Assembly (NCBI GenBank): GCA_025999275.1
Contig: AP024680.1
Coordinates: 684,522-748,521 of the forward strand
Direction: 5' to 3'
Length of the DNA: 64,000 nt
DNA from: Patescibacteria group bacterium
GTDB lineage: Bacteria > Patescibacteriota > Microgenomatia > UBA8517
Shown: positions 8,655 through 18,163 of the stretch, in pieces
How positions within the stretch are numbered: the stretch's first letter is position 1
How the letters are laid out: every line of letters begins with the position of its first letter
The notes under the pieces: generated by a model
The model's database searches: none
What the model was told of the DNA's origin: nothing
What the model saw: the letters and a program-made list of their open reading frames with translations, nothing else
Made by a program: the position numbers and the translations under genes

Positions 8655-9569
8655 TCAAGGACCAGCCAATAACTTATCAACCGGAGGAAAAGGACCACAT
8701 GAATTTAAAACAGAAGCCTGCAACCCCATTTTTTCTAATCTTTTCAAAATACCTTGCCTATACCCTTCCAAATTCCCACTTTTGTATAGTGCAGTTATTT
8801 GTTTAACCTCGCCTTGCTCAGTTAAACCAAATATAATAGAAGCCACCCTTTTTGCACCAGGGACAGTTCTTGATTCAACTTCAACGGCTAGATATAAGGC
8901 ATGTGTACAACCCTCAATAATACCCGCTGCAGCCAAACAAATAATCTCTTTAGGCAAAGGAGAATTAGGCTGCAAGAAAGCGGCTTCAACTATAGTTTTT
9001 ATATACTCAGCAAGTTCAGGCCCCCTTCTTTCAATTGTATGTTTGTTCAACTCAATAAGTCTTAAAACTTCCGTACTTGATTTGGCAACGGCAATTGCAC
9101 TAGCGGTCCCAAGTAAAACTAACAGTGCTGTCTCACCAATAGGTGTAGGCTCAAGTAAAGCGGGTGGAGATCCCAGAGCAATAACACTTGCCAAAGAAGG
9201 ATCTAAATTATCTTTAACCAACTGACTTAGACTGGCAGGCAATTCTATAACCCTTTCTTCTCTTGGACCATAAGTTATTTGAACTTTATATTCTTTGGCC
9301 AAATCCTCTATACTGGGAAAATTAGAAGAAATAGCAATAGAAACATCGTCTCCTCCCAAAACACTCTCAACCTCTCTAAGGCTATTTTCCAATTTGTCTA
9401 TTGCTGTCGAAGTCTTTTTATCTAATGACGAAGACCCCGACAGGTTTTCTTCAGGCCTTTGCTGCTCAAATGCTTTAGGGGCACAACTAGCAACCAATGC
9501 AGCCCCACCAGTCAAAGCTAACAATTTCAAAAATTCTCTACGCGAGATTTTACTAATATTTTCTGACAT
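8655..9569 (-). CDS. Hypothetical secreted protein with twin-arginine signal
   Basis: N-terminus ISRREFLKLLALTGGAALVASCAP matches the Tat consensus S/T-R-R-x-F-L-K and ends in a lipobox-like ASC. Confidence 0.55.
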   Translation of the reverse strand: MSENISKISRREFLKLLALTGGAALVASCAPKAFEQQRPEENLSGSSSLDKKTSTAIDKLENSLREVESVLGGDDVSIAISSNFPSIEDLAKEYKVQITYGPREERVIELPASLSQLVKDNLDPSLASVIALGSPPALLEPTPIGETALLVLLGTASAIAVAKSSTEVLRLIELNKHTIERRGPELAEYIKTIVEAAFLQPNSPLPKEIICLAAAGIIEGCTHALYLAVEVESRTVPGAKRVASIIFGLTEQGEVKQITALYKSGNLEGYRQGILKRLEKMGLQASVLNSCGPFPPVDKLLAGP

Positions 9570-9770
9570 AAGCTTATTTCACCATCAATAAAATAATCAA
9601 ACACATTATAGGATGAATTATATCATATATTTCACTGGTGTCAAAAGCAATATTTATCAAAATATAATAAAACCACAGCTCATACTACCAAAAATAAATA
9701 CCTAATATATATCAAACTTTACATTTTCAAAAATAACATTTATAATCAAAATACCTCTGCATCAAAGTGT

Positions 9771-9815
9771 GGAGGGAGACAATTTGATTGTAGTCGAAAC
9801 CCTCTAAAAACAGGC
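9771..9815 (+). promoter_or_regulatory. rplK 5' leader with GGGAG...CCCUC stem (candidate L1-binding autoregulatory element)
   Basis: ggagggagacaatttgattgtagtcgaaaccctc forms gaggg/ccctc pairing upstream of rplK. TATAAT at 9741-9746. Confidence 0.3.
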
Positions 9816-9840
9816 TTCTTCTGCAATCAAATCCAAAATT

Positions 9841-10266
9841 ATGGCAAAGAAAGTAAAGGTTGTAATCAAAGTGAATCTAAAAGGAGGAGAAGCAACTCCA
9901 GCTCCCCCATTGGGGCCGGCTTTAGGACAACATGGTGTTGCTATTATGGATTTCGTTAAGGCCTACAACGACAGGACTAAAGATATGAAAGGCCAAGTTG
10001 TCCCAGCTGTAATTACTATTTATGAGGACAGATCATTTGATTTTGAGATTAAAAAGGCTCCAGTTTCAGAAATGATTAAAAAAGAACTTGGTCTTGAGAA
10101 AGGCTCAGGTCAGGCATTAAGAGAAACAATTGGCACATTGACTAAAGAACAGCTTGAAAAAATTGCCAAAGAGAAAATAGATGATTTTAATACTGACGAT
10201 CTTGAAGCAGCCAAAAGAATTGTTGCTGGAACAGCAAGAAGCATGGGGGTTAAGGTAGAAGAATAA
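9841..10266 (+). CDS. rplK: 50S ribosomal protein L11
   Basis: MAKKVKVVIKVNLKGGEATPAPPLGPALGQHGV is the canonical L11 N-terminus. Confidence 0.95.
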   Translation: MAKKVKVVIKVNLKGGEATPAPPLGPALGQHGVAIMDFVKAYNDRTKDMKGQVVPAVITIYEDRSFDFEIKKAPVSEMIKKELGLEKGSGQALRETIGTLTKEQLEKIAKEKIDDFNTDDLEAAKRIVAGTARSMGVKVEE

Positions 10267-10346
10267 AACAAATAGACTACCTTAATCTGATTGTAAAAGT
10301 CAAAAGTTTAGAATTTAGATATTAGAGTTTAGAATTTTTTAAAAAT

Positions 10347-11159
10347 ATGGGAAAAACAAAAACAGCATTTGTTACAGGAACTCTTGAAGAAAATCTATCA
10401 GGAGAAGAAAAATATAAATTAAGGCTTAAGAAAAAGGCAGAACAAGAAGCCAAACAAAAAGCCAAAATTGAAGGCGTGGGCCTAAAAGGAGGAGAAAGAA
10501 TAAAGGTTGTAGGTGGTGAAATTCCTCAAGAAGAACCCAAAGAAGAAAAAATTGTTGAAAAGAAAGTTCAAAGAAAAAGATCAAGGGGCAAAAAATACTT
10601 GGCTTCAAAACAAAAGATAGACAAAAATAAAGAATACGAAGTCAAAGAAGCAATTAAACTAGTCAAGGAGGTTTCTTACTCTTCTTTTGACGGCACGATG
10701 GAGGCTCACTTAACCGTCAAGAAACAAGGTCTTAATGTAAGCATTAGCCTTCCCCACTCAACCGGCAAAACCAAAAAAATTGAGATTGCAGATGAAAAAA
10801 CAATAGAAAAACTGCAAAAAGGAATTATTGATTTTGATATTCTTTTGGCAACCCCTGATATGATGAAAAATCTTCTTCCTTTTGCAAGATTGCTTGGGCC
10901 AAAAGGACTTCTTCCCAATCCCAAGAACGGCACTTTGATAAAAACAAAAGAAGACGCCAAAAAGTTCTCGGCAGATAAAATGCAGCTTAAAACTGAAAAA
11001 GATTTTCCTCTAATTCACACTATTTTTGGAAAAGTAAGCATGGACGACAAAAAACTGGCTGAAAATTTAGAAGCAATAATCGACGCTATTGGAAGAAAAC
11101 AAATTGTAAAACTATTTATCAAATCTACAATGAGTCCGTCTGTGAAAGTAAAAATTTAA
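10347..11159 (+). CDS. rplA: 50S ribosomal protein L1 (with ~80-aa Lys/Glu-rich N-terminal extension)
   Basis: Core ...EAIKLVKEVSYSSFDGTMEAHLTVK...LPHSTGK...LLATPDMMKNLLPFARLLGPKGLLPNPKNGT matches L1. Confidence 0.9.
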   Translation: MGKTKTAFVTGTLEENLSGEEKYKLRLKKKAEQEAKQKAKIEGVGLKGGERIKVVGGEIPQEEPKEEKIVEKKVQRKRSRGKKYLASKQKIDKNKEYEVKEAIKLVKEVSYSSFDGTMEAHLTVKKQGLNVSISLPHSTGKTKKIEIADEKTIEKLQKGIIDFDILLATPDMMKNLLPFARLLGPKGLLPNPKNGTLIKTKEDAKKFSADKMQLKTEKDFPLIHTIFGKVSMDDKKLAENLEAIIDAIGRKQIVKLFIKSTMSPSVKVKI

Positions 11160-11227
11160 TCTCCAATCCATTCCACGCCGGGCTTGGAATAGCTTCGCAA
11201 GCCGGGTTTTATAAACTAAAACCCCTC

Positions 11228-11256
11228 TTGACTTAAGATTAAATAAAACATATAAT
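11228..11256 (+). promoter_or_regulatory. Sigma-70-type promoter of the rplJ-rplL operon
   Basis: TTGACT (11228-11233), 17-bp spacer, TATAAT (11251-11256). Confidence 0.55.
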
Positions 11257-11336
11257 CTTTTTGTTCCTAAGAAAGTGTGTTTTTAGGGCAACCTAAAGTA
11301 AATCGCACCGAGGAGCCAAAAAATTGTTTTTTTATA

Positions 11337-11358
11337 GGCGCCTTGGCGGCGCTTTTTT
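11337..11358 (+). terminator. rplJ leader attenuator-like hairpin plus T-run
   Basis: ggcgccttggcggcgc (gcgcc/ggcgc stem) followed by tttttt, between the promoter and the rplJ start. Confidence 0.45.
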
Positions 11359-11399
11359 AGTTGGCAAACTGGACAAGGTCGGACCCTGTCCCAAAGGAT

Positions 11400-11918
11400 A
11401 TGAAAAGAACTGAAAAAACATTGTTTGTAGAAAACCTAAAAGAAGAGCTAAAAAGCTCAACTTCTGTGGTGCTGATTGACTTTCAAGGCCTTTCAGTAAA
11501 GCTCCAGCAGGATTTGAAAAAAAGACTCAAAGAAGTTGGCGCCAAGATGGTTGTTGTCAAAAACACCCTCTTTAAAATCGCTTCAAAAGGCGCCAATATG
11601 CCAGAGGAAATCACATCAGACACTGTCCTTTGCGGCCCAAGCGCTATTGTTATTACAGAAGGTGATCCAATCGCTCCACTTCAAGTTTTAGCCAAATTCG
11701 CAAGCGAATTTGAAATTCCTCAATTTAAAGTAGGAGTAGTTGAAGGAAAATTCCAAGATAAAGAAAATTTAATTGCTCTTTCAAAGCTTCCTTCCAAAAA
11801 TGTCCTTTTGGGTCAAGCACTTGGCAGCATCTCCTCCCCTCTTTATGGAATTGTTGCTACTTTACAAAACAACTTACAGAAATTGGTTTTTATATTAGAT
11901 CAAGCAAGTAAAAAATAA
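11400..11918 (+). CDS. rplJ: 50S ribosomal protein L10
   Basis: MKRTEKTLFVENLKEELKSSTSVVLIDFQGLSV... typical L10. The ORF-track start 11361 would include the REP-like hairpin ggacaaggtcggaccctgtcc, so M at 11400 was chosen. Confidence 0.9.
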   Translation: MKRTEKTLFVENLKEELKSSTSVVLIDFQGLSVKLQQDLKKRLKEVGAKMVVVKNTLFKIASKGANMPEEITSDTVLCGPSAIVITEGDPIAPLQVLAKFASEFEIPQFKVGVVEGKFQDKENLIALSKLPSKNVLLGQALGSISSPLYGIVATLQNNLQKLVFILDQASKK

Positions 11919-11935
11919 GAGAGGGGGTGTTAAAT

Positions 11936-12355
11936 ATGGCAGAAGAAAAACAATCAAAAACAGTTGAAGAATTAGTTGAAAAAATTGCAAGCCTTTCAGT
12001 TTTGGAGCTCTCAGAATTAACTAAAGCTTTGCAGGAAAAACTTGGTGTTTCTGCAATGCCTGTTGCCGCCGCTGCTGCTGCACCTGCTGCCGGAAGCGCT
12101 GATCAGGCACAAGCTGAAGGAAATTCTGATAGTGCAGGCGGCGCAAACCAAACTTTGGTTATGACCAATGCCGGTGCAAATAAGATTGCTGTTATCAAAG
12201 CTCTTCGCGAGATCAATCAGAATTTGACCCTAATGGACGCAAAAGGAATGACTGAAAATGTTCCTGCTGAGATCTTAAAAGATGCCAAAGCAGAGGATGT
12301 TAAGGCTGCAGCTGACAAACTAAAAGCAGCTGGTGCAACTGTTGAGATTAAATAA
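11936..12355 (+). CDS. rplL: 50S ribosomal protein L7/L12
   Basis: MAEEKQSKTVEELVEKIASLSVLELSELTKALQEKLGV, Ala-rich hinge, C-terminal VKAAADKLKAAGATVEIK. RBS gagaggggg. Confidence 0.9.
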   Translation: MAEEKQSKTVEELVEKIASLSVLELSELTKALQEKLGVSAMPVAAAAAAPAAGSADQAQAEGNSDSAGGANQTLVMTNAGANKIAVIKALREINQNLTLMDAKGMTENVPAEILKDAKAEDVKAAADKLKAAGATVEIK

Positions 12356-12500
12356 AAATAGCAATCTTGCTATCTTTTAATAAAAGGGCTGAGTCTTTCA
12401 GCTCTTTTATTTTTGTAAAAAACCTATCATCTTAAGGAAGATTCACTAGCAAAAAGAATTGACAAGGATATCAACAAAATGTAATTATTAAATTGCACAC

Positions 12501-12530
12501 CACTATCAATACATCGATGTATTGATAGTG
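12501..12530. promoter_or_regulatory. Perfect 30-bp palindrome (candidate operator) abutting the start of the TrpR-like gene
   Basis: cactatcaatacatcgatgtattgatagtg is its own reverse complement. It ends 6 bp before ATG 12537. Confidence 0.5.
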
Positions 12531-12536
12531 GGAAAA

Positions 12537-12989
12537 ATGCCTAAATTATCATCAAAGAAAATAGATAGGCAGCTGGAAAAAGAAATACTAAACCAATTTT
12601 GGGTATCTATTGCCAAAATAAATACTGTTGACGGCGCTTCGCAATTCTTCTCAGATATACTCACTGAAACAGAAAAAAAGATGATTTCAAAAAGACTTGC
12701 TGCCGCTATTCTTCTTGCAAGAGAAAAGTCGGCAACAGATATCAAAAACTCATTAAACCTCACCTACTCAACCATAGGAACAATTGCAGCATGGGTAAAA
12801 AACGCCAAAAAAGAAACACGAAGAATACTCTTGCAATTCTCAAAAGAAAAAAACTGGGAGGCTATAGTTGATAAAATTGAGGAAATCCTCGATAAACTAC
12901 CGCCAAGATACGGCACTAACTGGTCACTGGTGGAAAAAGAAAGGTACCAAAGAAAAATCAAAAGAGCAAGAAAATCTCTCCTTCGCTAA
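12537..12989 (+). CDS. TrpR-like (YerC/YecD family) helix-turn-helix regulator
   Basis: FFSDILTETEKKMISKRLAAAILLAREKSATDIKNSLNLTYSTIGTI matches the YerC/TrpR-like pattern (FFxDLxTxxE...LAxRLxVAxML...TYxEI...STATI). Confidence 0.6.
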   Translation: MPKLSSKKIDRQLEKEILNQFWVSIAKINTVDGASQFFSDILTETEKKMISKRLAAAILLAREKSATDIKNSLNLTYSTIGTIAAWVKNAKKETRRILLQFSKEKNWEAIVDKIEEILDKLPPRYGTNWSLVEKERYQRKIKRARKSLLR

Positions 12990-13048
12990 AACCGCTAAGG
13001 CTATAAAAACCACCACAAAAACATCTCCAGAACAACCATCTCAATTAT

Positions 13049-13082
13049 TACTACTAATACATCGATGTATTAGTAGTAATGT
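13049..13082. promoter_or_regulatory. Second perfect palindrome (34 bp) sharing the 16-bp core aatacatcgatgtatt
   Basis: attactactaatacatcgatgtattagtagtaat is its own reverse complement. It lies 60 bp after the TrpR-like stop. Confidence 0.45.
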
Positions 13083-13224
13083 AGAGATAATCCCAAATAC
13101 AAGTCATTTTTACAATAGAAATAATGGAAATAAAATAGATAAATATAGAAATTTTAAATCATAAAATAACAACCAAGAGAATAAGCAGATCTTAATTCAA
13201 ACATAATGGTATAATACAAAAGCT

Positions 13225-13296
13225 CGGGGTGTAGGTCATCGGTAGACCGCTCGGTTCGGGTCCGAGAGGCACTGGGTTCAATTCCCAGCACCCCGA
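13225..13296 (+). tRNA. tRNA-Pro (anticodon CGG)
   Basis: Acceptor cggggtg/caccccg; anticodon stem ctcgg/ccgag with loop ttCGGgt; T arm ctggg-ttcaatt-cccag. TATAAT 13210-13215. Confidence 0.85.
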
Positions 13297-13389
13297 CATA
13301 AAAAATTACCAGGGTGTGAAGCTATCACACCCCCAGGGTGGGTAAAGAATTTTCCTTTTTATAAAAGCTATAATTAAGCTAATAAACCT

Positions 13390-14727
13390 ATGGACAATTT
13401 CCAACAACCAACACCACCATTTCAACCGAATGGCATGCCGCAGCTAACTACTCCCATTATCCCTGAACCAGCTAAGTCCAAACGCTGGCTATATATACTG
13501 GGCGGAGTTTTAATTGTCGGAGTAATAGCGACGGCGAGCATTATCTTCTTAAAAGAAAAATCTCCGCAATTGGAATTAGAATCGCCGAAAAAGGAAGTTC
13601 AGACTTCTAATCCCATGGATAAAACCGCTGAAGTCAACGCCGAATTCAGAGCGGTTTTTGCTGTTGTTGAGGGGTTGAAAATGAACATCTATTCATCTAA
13701 GGAAAATGGATCTGATAGAAAACTTATTTTGTCTCAAGATATTAGCGAACCAAATACACGAGCAAGGCCGTTTACTGTGGTAGATATAAAGGTTTCTCCA
13801 ACTAAAGATTTAATAGCTTACAAGTTTCCGCCCGCAGAAAACTATACAGTTTCCGGACCTGCTTCCGTTTTCTTGATTGACTCCCAAGGGCAAAATAGAA
13901 AGAAAATTCTTGATAAAGTAGAAACTTTTGGTTGGTCTCGTGATGGTAAAAAAAATCATCTACTCTACCGCAACTCCAAAATTTGATAATCCCAACGCTG
14001 GAGTATCTTTTTCCAGTCCTGGCGCGGAATGGCATATTTTTGATATAGCAAGTTCCAAAGACACAATCATTGCAAAACCAGAACAGCAAATTCCATTCTC
14101 TAGGTTCGTGGATCAATGAGAATAAGTTCATTTTTATCAGCATTAACATTTCCGGATCTGAGCTTGTGTTGTTTGACTCCACAACTCAAAAATCAGAGAA
14201 AATAAAACTCCCAGAAGGATATACTCAAGTTAGAGAAGTGAGCACAAACCCGTCCGGCAGTAAAACTGTTGTATCGCTCTTGCCAGAAGGTTACGGCATA
14301 AATTATTCTTGCGATTTTTATGAGATACAAATGAGCGGCAAGTTAGGCAATCACCTTATCGCTGACAAAAATTATTCTTGCGAGGGTGTCGCTTGGAATG
14401 GCGATAATGAATTTTATTACGGGAAAGGAACGGGACCGAAAGGCACTATTTCGACAAGCGAAACCAGCGAGTCGGGTTATTATGTACTTCTTTCCGTGTA
14501 TAAATATAATTTCAATACTGGAAAAAGATGTGCCAGTATTGAAAAGCGACGGAAAAGAAGTTTACAGATTCCAAGATGTACTTGAAAATCAGGGTTTTGT
14601 TGTGTCCAATGAGAGTAACAAGAGAGTCCCAAAATATATACTTGAGATGAGAAAACTGGACGGAAGCAGTCCACAGCAACTATTTACAAGCGATAAGGAA
14701 ATGTTGTTTATTGGTTGGAGTAAATAG
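13390..14727 (+). pseudogene. TolB-like beta-propeller membrane-anchored protein broken into four successive frames
   Basis: ORFs 13390-13986, 13928-14119, 14070-14585 and 14386-14727 follow each other in frames 1, 2, 0 and 1. They carry WSRDGKK / YSTATPKF-type propeller motifs and an N-terminal TM. It is either a frameshifted pseudogene or assembly error. Confidence 0.4.
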
Positions 14728-14776
14728 TGCGGCACGCCAACTTTGTTGGTACGAAATTCGGCGGCGGCGAAAGCGA

Positions 14777-14824
14777 GGGCGGGCAAAAATTCATTCCCCC
14801 AACCCCCTTTCTTTTTGCCCGCCC
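14777..14824. other. GC-rich 13-bp perfect inverted repeat (gggcgggcaaaaa / tttttgcccgccc) within an anomalous GC-rich ~260-bp island
   Basis: Stem 14777-14789 pairs with 14812-14824 around a 22-nt C-rich loop, followed by tattttt. The island (14727-14990) is far more GC-rich than its flanks and has no convincing ORF. Confidence 0.4.
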
Positions 14825-15136
14825 GCTATTTTTGGGCGGTGGATGGGTTGTGCGTTGCCTTTGGCGACGCACAAGTCAGTCAAGATTTTGTTCAAAAAAA
14901 GGTTCGTGCTTCGTTCAGTAATTGCGACCAATTTCTTACCAAAGAAAAGGAATTAAATTCCCAAGATCAGAAGTAATTAATCCTTTTTTTTTAACTTTCA
15001 CTTCGAATCACAAAATTTAAAAATTAATAATTTTACCCTCTTCTATATAGCCTCTCAAAATATTTTATTATCTCTCTTGCAGCATTAATCCCCGTTATAC
15101 TTCTCTAAACCTTCAAATTGAGGTGAAGGATTGACT

Positions 15137-15749
15137 TCAAGAATATAAAAACTTACCTGTACTCTTATTAATAATAATATCAACCCCAGCTATTTCAGTT
15201 CTTGTTACCTTTGCAGCCTTCTCAGCCAAATCCTTTATTTCAGGATATTTTTCCAAGTCAAAACTTTCCCCTTTTCCACCTTGGCTAATATTGCTCCTAA
15301 ACTCCCCTTCCCTTGTTGGCATTCTCTTCATTGCCCCTATTGCTTTATAACCAACGGTAAAAATCCTCAAGTCTCCATCATTAGGAATAAACTCACGAAT
15401 AATTTACAGATTTGGCTTGAGTTTTATGGATTTTATTTATAGCATTCTCAACATCAGAAAAATCGTTACACAAATAAACCCCCGTACCTTGTCTGCTGAT
15501 ACTTGTTTTGACTATCACAGGATACGAGAATTTATCAATCGCCATTTTTGCCCCTTTAATATTAAAAACAACAGCAGAATCAGGATAAGGCAAATTTGAT
15601 TCGGCCTGCCTCAAATAATCAATTGCCGGAGTTAGGTAATAATTATAATCAGAAGCTATAGACTTCTGGTTTACAATAACAGTTCCAAAATTTTTGGAAA
15701 GATAAAGGCACGCCGTATACCACTCCCAACGCCCTATTACTAACCACAA
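15137..15749 (-). pseudogene. RimK-like ATP-grasp ligase remnant (two frame fragments)
   Basis: 15393-15749 encodes YPVIVKTSISRQGTGVYLCNDFSDVENAI (ATP-grasp N-lobe). 15137-15370 encodes SNISQGGKGESFDL...IAGVDII (C-lobe) in another frame. Confidence 0.5.
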
Positions 15750-15930
15750 GATATATCAAGTCGTAATAAGAAAGCTTTCTACCATCAGCCAGATAAGCAT
15801 CAAAAAATCACTCCTACAATCAAGTATTAATCAGTCGCATAGCAACCATCAACCACATGGCCACGTTTTTCCCCTTCTTCTCTTAGCCTAACAACCTGAA
15901 TATTTTCAACAAGACCTGCTATTAATATTT

Positions 15931-16811
15931 TCATATTACCTTGCATTTTACTATTGCGTTCTCAAGCCAAATTTTGCCTATATTTTTACCCGTTGCCTTC
16001 TCCATACCAACAAAACCTGCGGTGTGATTAACCTCCAAAATATAGCGACTACCATCTTCCCCTATCAATATGTCAACCCCACCAACAGACATGTCAACCG
16101 TCTTTAGAGCTCTTATGGCAAGATTTTTATCATCAGAAGAGATATCAAAAGCTTGACAGAACCACCCAAGGAAAAATTCGCCCTAAACTCACCCTTTTTT
16201 GGTATTCTTTCCATACAAAAGGACATTATTACCAATTACTAAACACCTAAGATCATGCCGATAATCAATAAATTCCTGCATTAAATAACTTTTTGCCTCT
16301 TTTCCCTCAATTTTTAACCTTTCTATAAAAGAAGACAAATCATCCTTAGAATTAATCTTAAACACGGAATATCCTTTTCCAGCTCTTGCTGTTTTAATTA
16401 CTAAAGGAAAACCAATCTTTTGTGACAATTCCTCGTACTTAGAGAAATCATAACTATAAAAAGTCCTAGGTATAGGTATACCAGCCAAGGCAAGTTTGAG
16501 AATGTCTGAAACCTTATCAATTGAGTACTTATGTTGTGCAAGATTGTTGTCAAACACCTTAATTCCGCGATTTCTAAGATTACCTATAATTGTAGCAATT
16601 GGTTTGATACTATTTAAAAATACCCCTAAAAATAACCAGATCAGCTTCTAGCCTTTCAAGACCTTGCAAATCAATATTTCCCTTATCTATAAAAAAAGTA
16701 AAATTATGCAAATCAATTAACTCAAAATCATGTCCCCAGAGAAAGAACCTCTTCTTTAATTCTCTTATTTTCCTCCAAAGAAGGAAGTGTTGTAATTAAG
16801 ATTATCTTCAT
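15931..16811 (-). pseudogene. RimK-like ATP-grasp ligase broken into at least three frame fragments
   Basis: 16811-16611 reads MKIILITTLPSLEENKRIKEEVLSLGHDFELIDL (pre-ATP-grasp). 16557-16189 reads GFPLVIKTARAGKGYSVFKINSKDDL... 16107-15934 reads VDMSVGGVDILIGEDGSRYILEVNHTAGFVGMEKATGKNIGKIWLENAI. These sit in different frames separated by stops. Confidence 0.5.
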
Positions 16812-16856
16812 ATCTTAAAATTTCTAACCAACTCCTTCTTCTCTTCAGCATCGATA

Positions 16857-18137
16857 TCAGAACGAACAAGTACACCCTTTTAAATCTTTTCTTCCTACTA
16901 TAACAGGAAATTGCAAAGAGATTCTCTTGGCAACAGTAGCTGAAGTTTCAATTCTTCTACCATTAAGCCAGAAGGTTAAATTTATTACTTTCCTCTTCTC
17001 CCTACCCAAAGAACTTTTTACCTCTTTAGTCCAAAGAATATTGCTATCAGACAACAAGCCAAGTTTTTCCGCCAATCTTTTATCTATAGAGGTTCGCCAT
17101 GCACCAGTATCCATTTTGGCCGGCACCTCAAACTTATTTCCACCAGCAGACTTTATCTTTATTCTTTCAAATACATTAACCATTCTTATTCCCCCATCCG
17201 TCTTAACTCTATCAGCAAAAGGGCTAGCAAATAAAGCTTTGGCTATTCTAATTCCATGCTCAGCGTCACGCACTTCTAAATCTTCAATCTTCATTAACCT
17301 TTTCTTTAACCCTTCTCCATTTGCCATTTGAATTGAAAGACCGGGCTGAGAGTTAATTTCCAAAACCACAGGCCCTCTTTCAGGATGTAAAACCACATCC
17401 ACCCCAACATACCCCAAAAAACAAGCTTCTTGGGCCTTAACTGCGGTTTGCAAAATCTTGTCCCACTGTGGAATCTTAATCCCATGAAGCTTCCTTTTAG
17501 TTCCCGGTTTAAATTTAATCAAGTCCCCATGCCAAATTGCACGAGTTGTTATACCTGTTGCAATATCAACACCCACACCAATTGCCCCCTGATGCAAATT
17601 TGCTCTGCCACCTGATTCTTTGGTAGGAAGCCTAAGCATAGCCATCACCGGAACCTTGTTAAAAACAATCACTCGAATATCAGGCGTACCACGATATGCA
17701 TATTTTCTAAAAGCCTTGTGCCTTCCCACATACTCCTCAATATAGGCAATGTCAGGCTCGTTTCCCATTGAATAAGCACCCTCTATAATATCCGTTGCGT
17801 GAAGTTTTAAGTCATCAATTGTCACCTTTTTCCTCTGAGTAGTAATCCAACCATCTCCGTCTTTTGATCTCTTTTTAACAACAATTATTCCCTCTCCCCC
17901 TAAACCCTGATTTGGCTTCAAAGCAAAACTTGAAGGCAGACTGTTCCAATCAAAATTCCAAATCTCATCAGTATTTTTAAACTTGGCATACACTTCAGGA
18001 ATTGGGACCCCAGCTTGCTTTAGATATCTTTTTGTTTTTAATTTTGAAGCGGCAATGCTTTTGCCCTTAGAGCTATTATAAACATAGGAAAACAATTTAT
18101 TTCTTGCATTTATACCCAATAAATCGGAAGTTTTCAT
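16857..18137 (-). CDS. ATP-grasp amidoligase (alpha-L-glutamate-ligase-related type) fused to a C-terminal retropepsin-like aspartic protease domain
   Basis: N-terminal ~300 aa carries GGEGIIVVKK...VGVDVVLHPERGPVVLEINSQPG (ATP-grasp E-x-N motif). The C-terminal ~110 aa carries FEVPAKMDTGAWRTSID (D-T/S-G-A retropepsin signature). Confidence 0.65.
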   Translation of the reverse strand: MKTSDLLGINARNKLFSYVYNSSKGKSIAASKLKTKRYLKQAGVPIPEVYAKFKNTDEIWNFDWNSLPSSFALKPNQGLGGEGIIVVKKRSKDGDGWITTQRKKVTIDDLKLHATDIIEGAYSMGNEPDIAYIEEYVGRHKAFRKYAYRGTPDIRVIVFNKVPVMAMLRLPTKESGGRANLHQGAIGVGVDIATGITTRAIWHGDLIKFKPGTKRKLHGIKIPQWDKILQTAVKAQEACFLGYVGVDVVLHPERGPVVLEINSQPGLSIQMANGEGLKKRLMKIEDLEVRDAEHGIRIAKALFASPFADRVKTDGGIRMVNVFERIKIKSAGGNKFEVPAKMDTGAWRTSIDKRLAEKLGLLSDSNILWTKEVKSSLGREKRKVINLTFWLNGRRIETSATVAKRISLQFPVIVGRKDLKGCTCSF

Positions 18138-18163
18138 AATTTTTGATAGTAAAAATTAATCTT

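Noticed and set aside
14711-14976. Overlapping plus-strand ORFs (81, 64 and 77 aa) in the GC-rich island
   Set aside because: Three mutually overlapping frames, Arg/Gly/Ala-rich and typical of GC-rich non-coding DNA translated in an AT-rich genome. No start-site signals.
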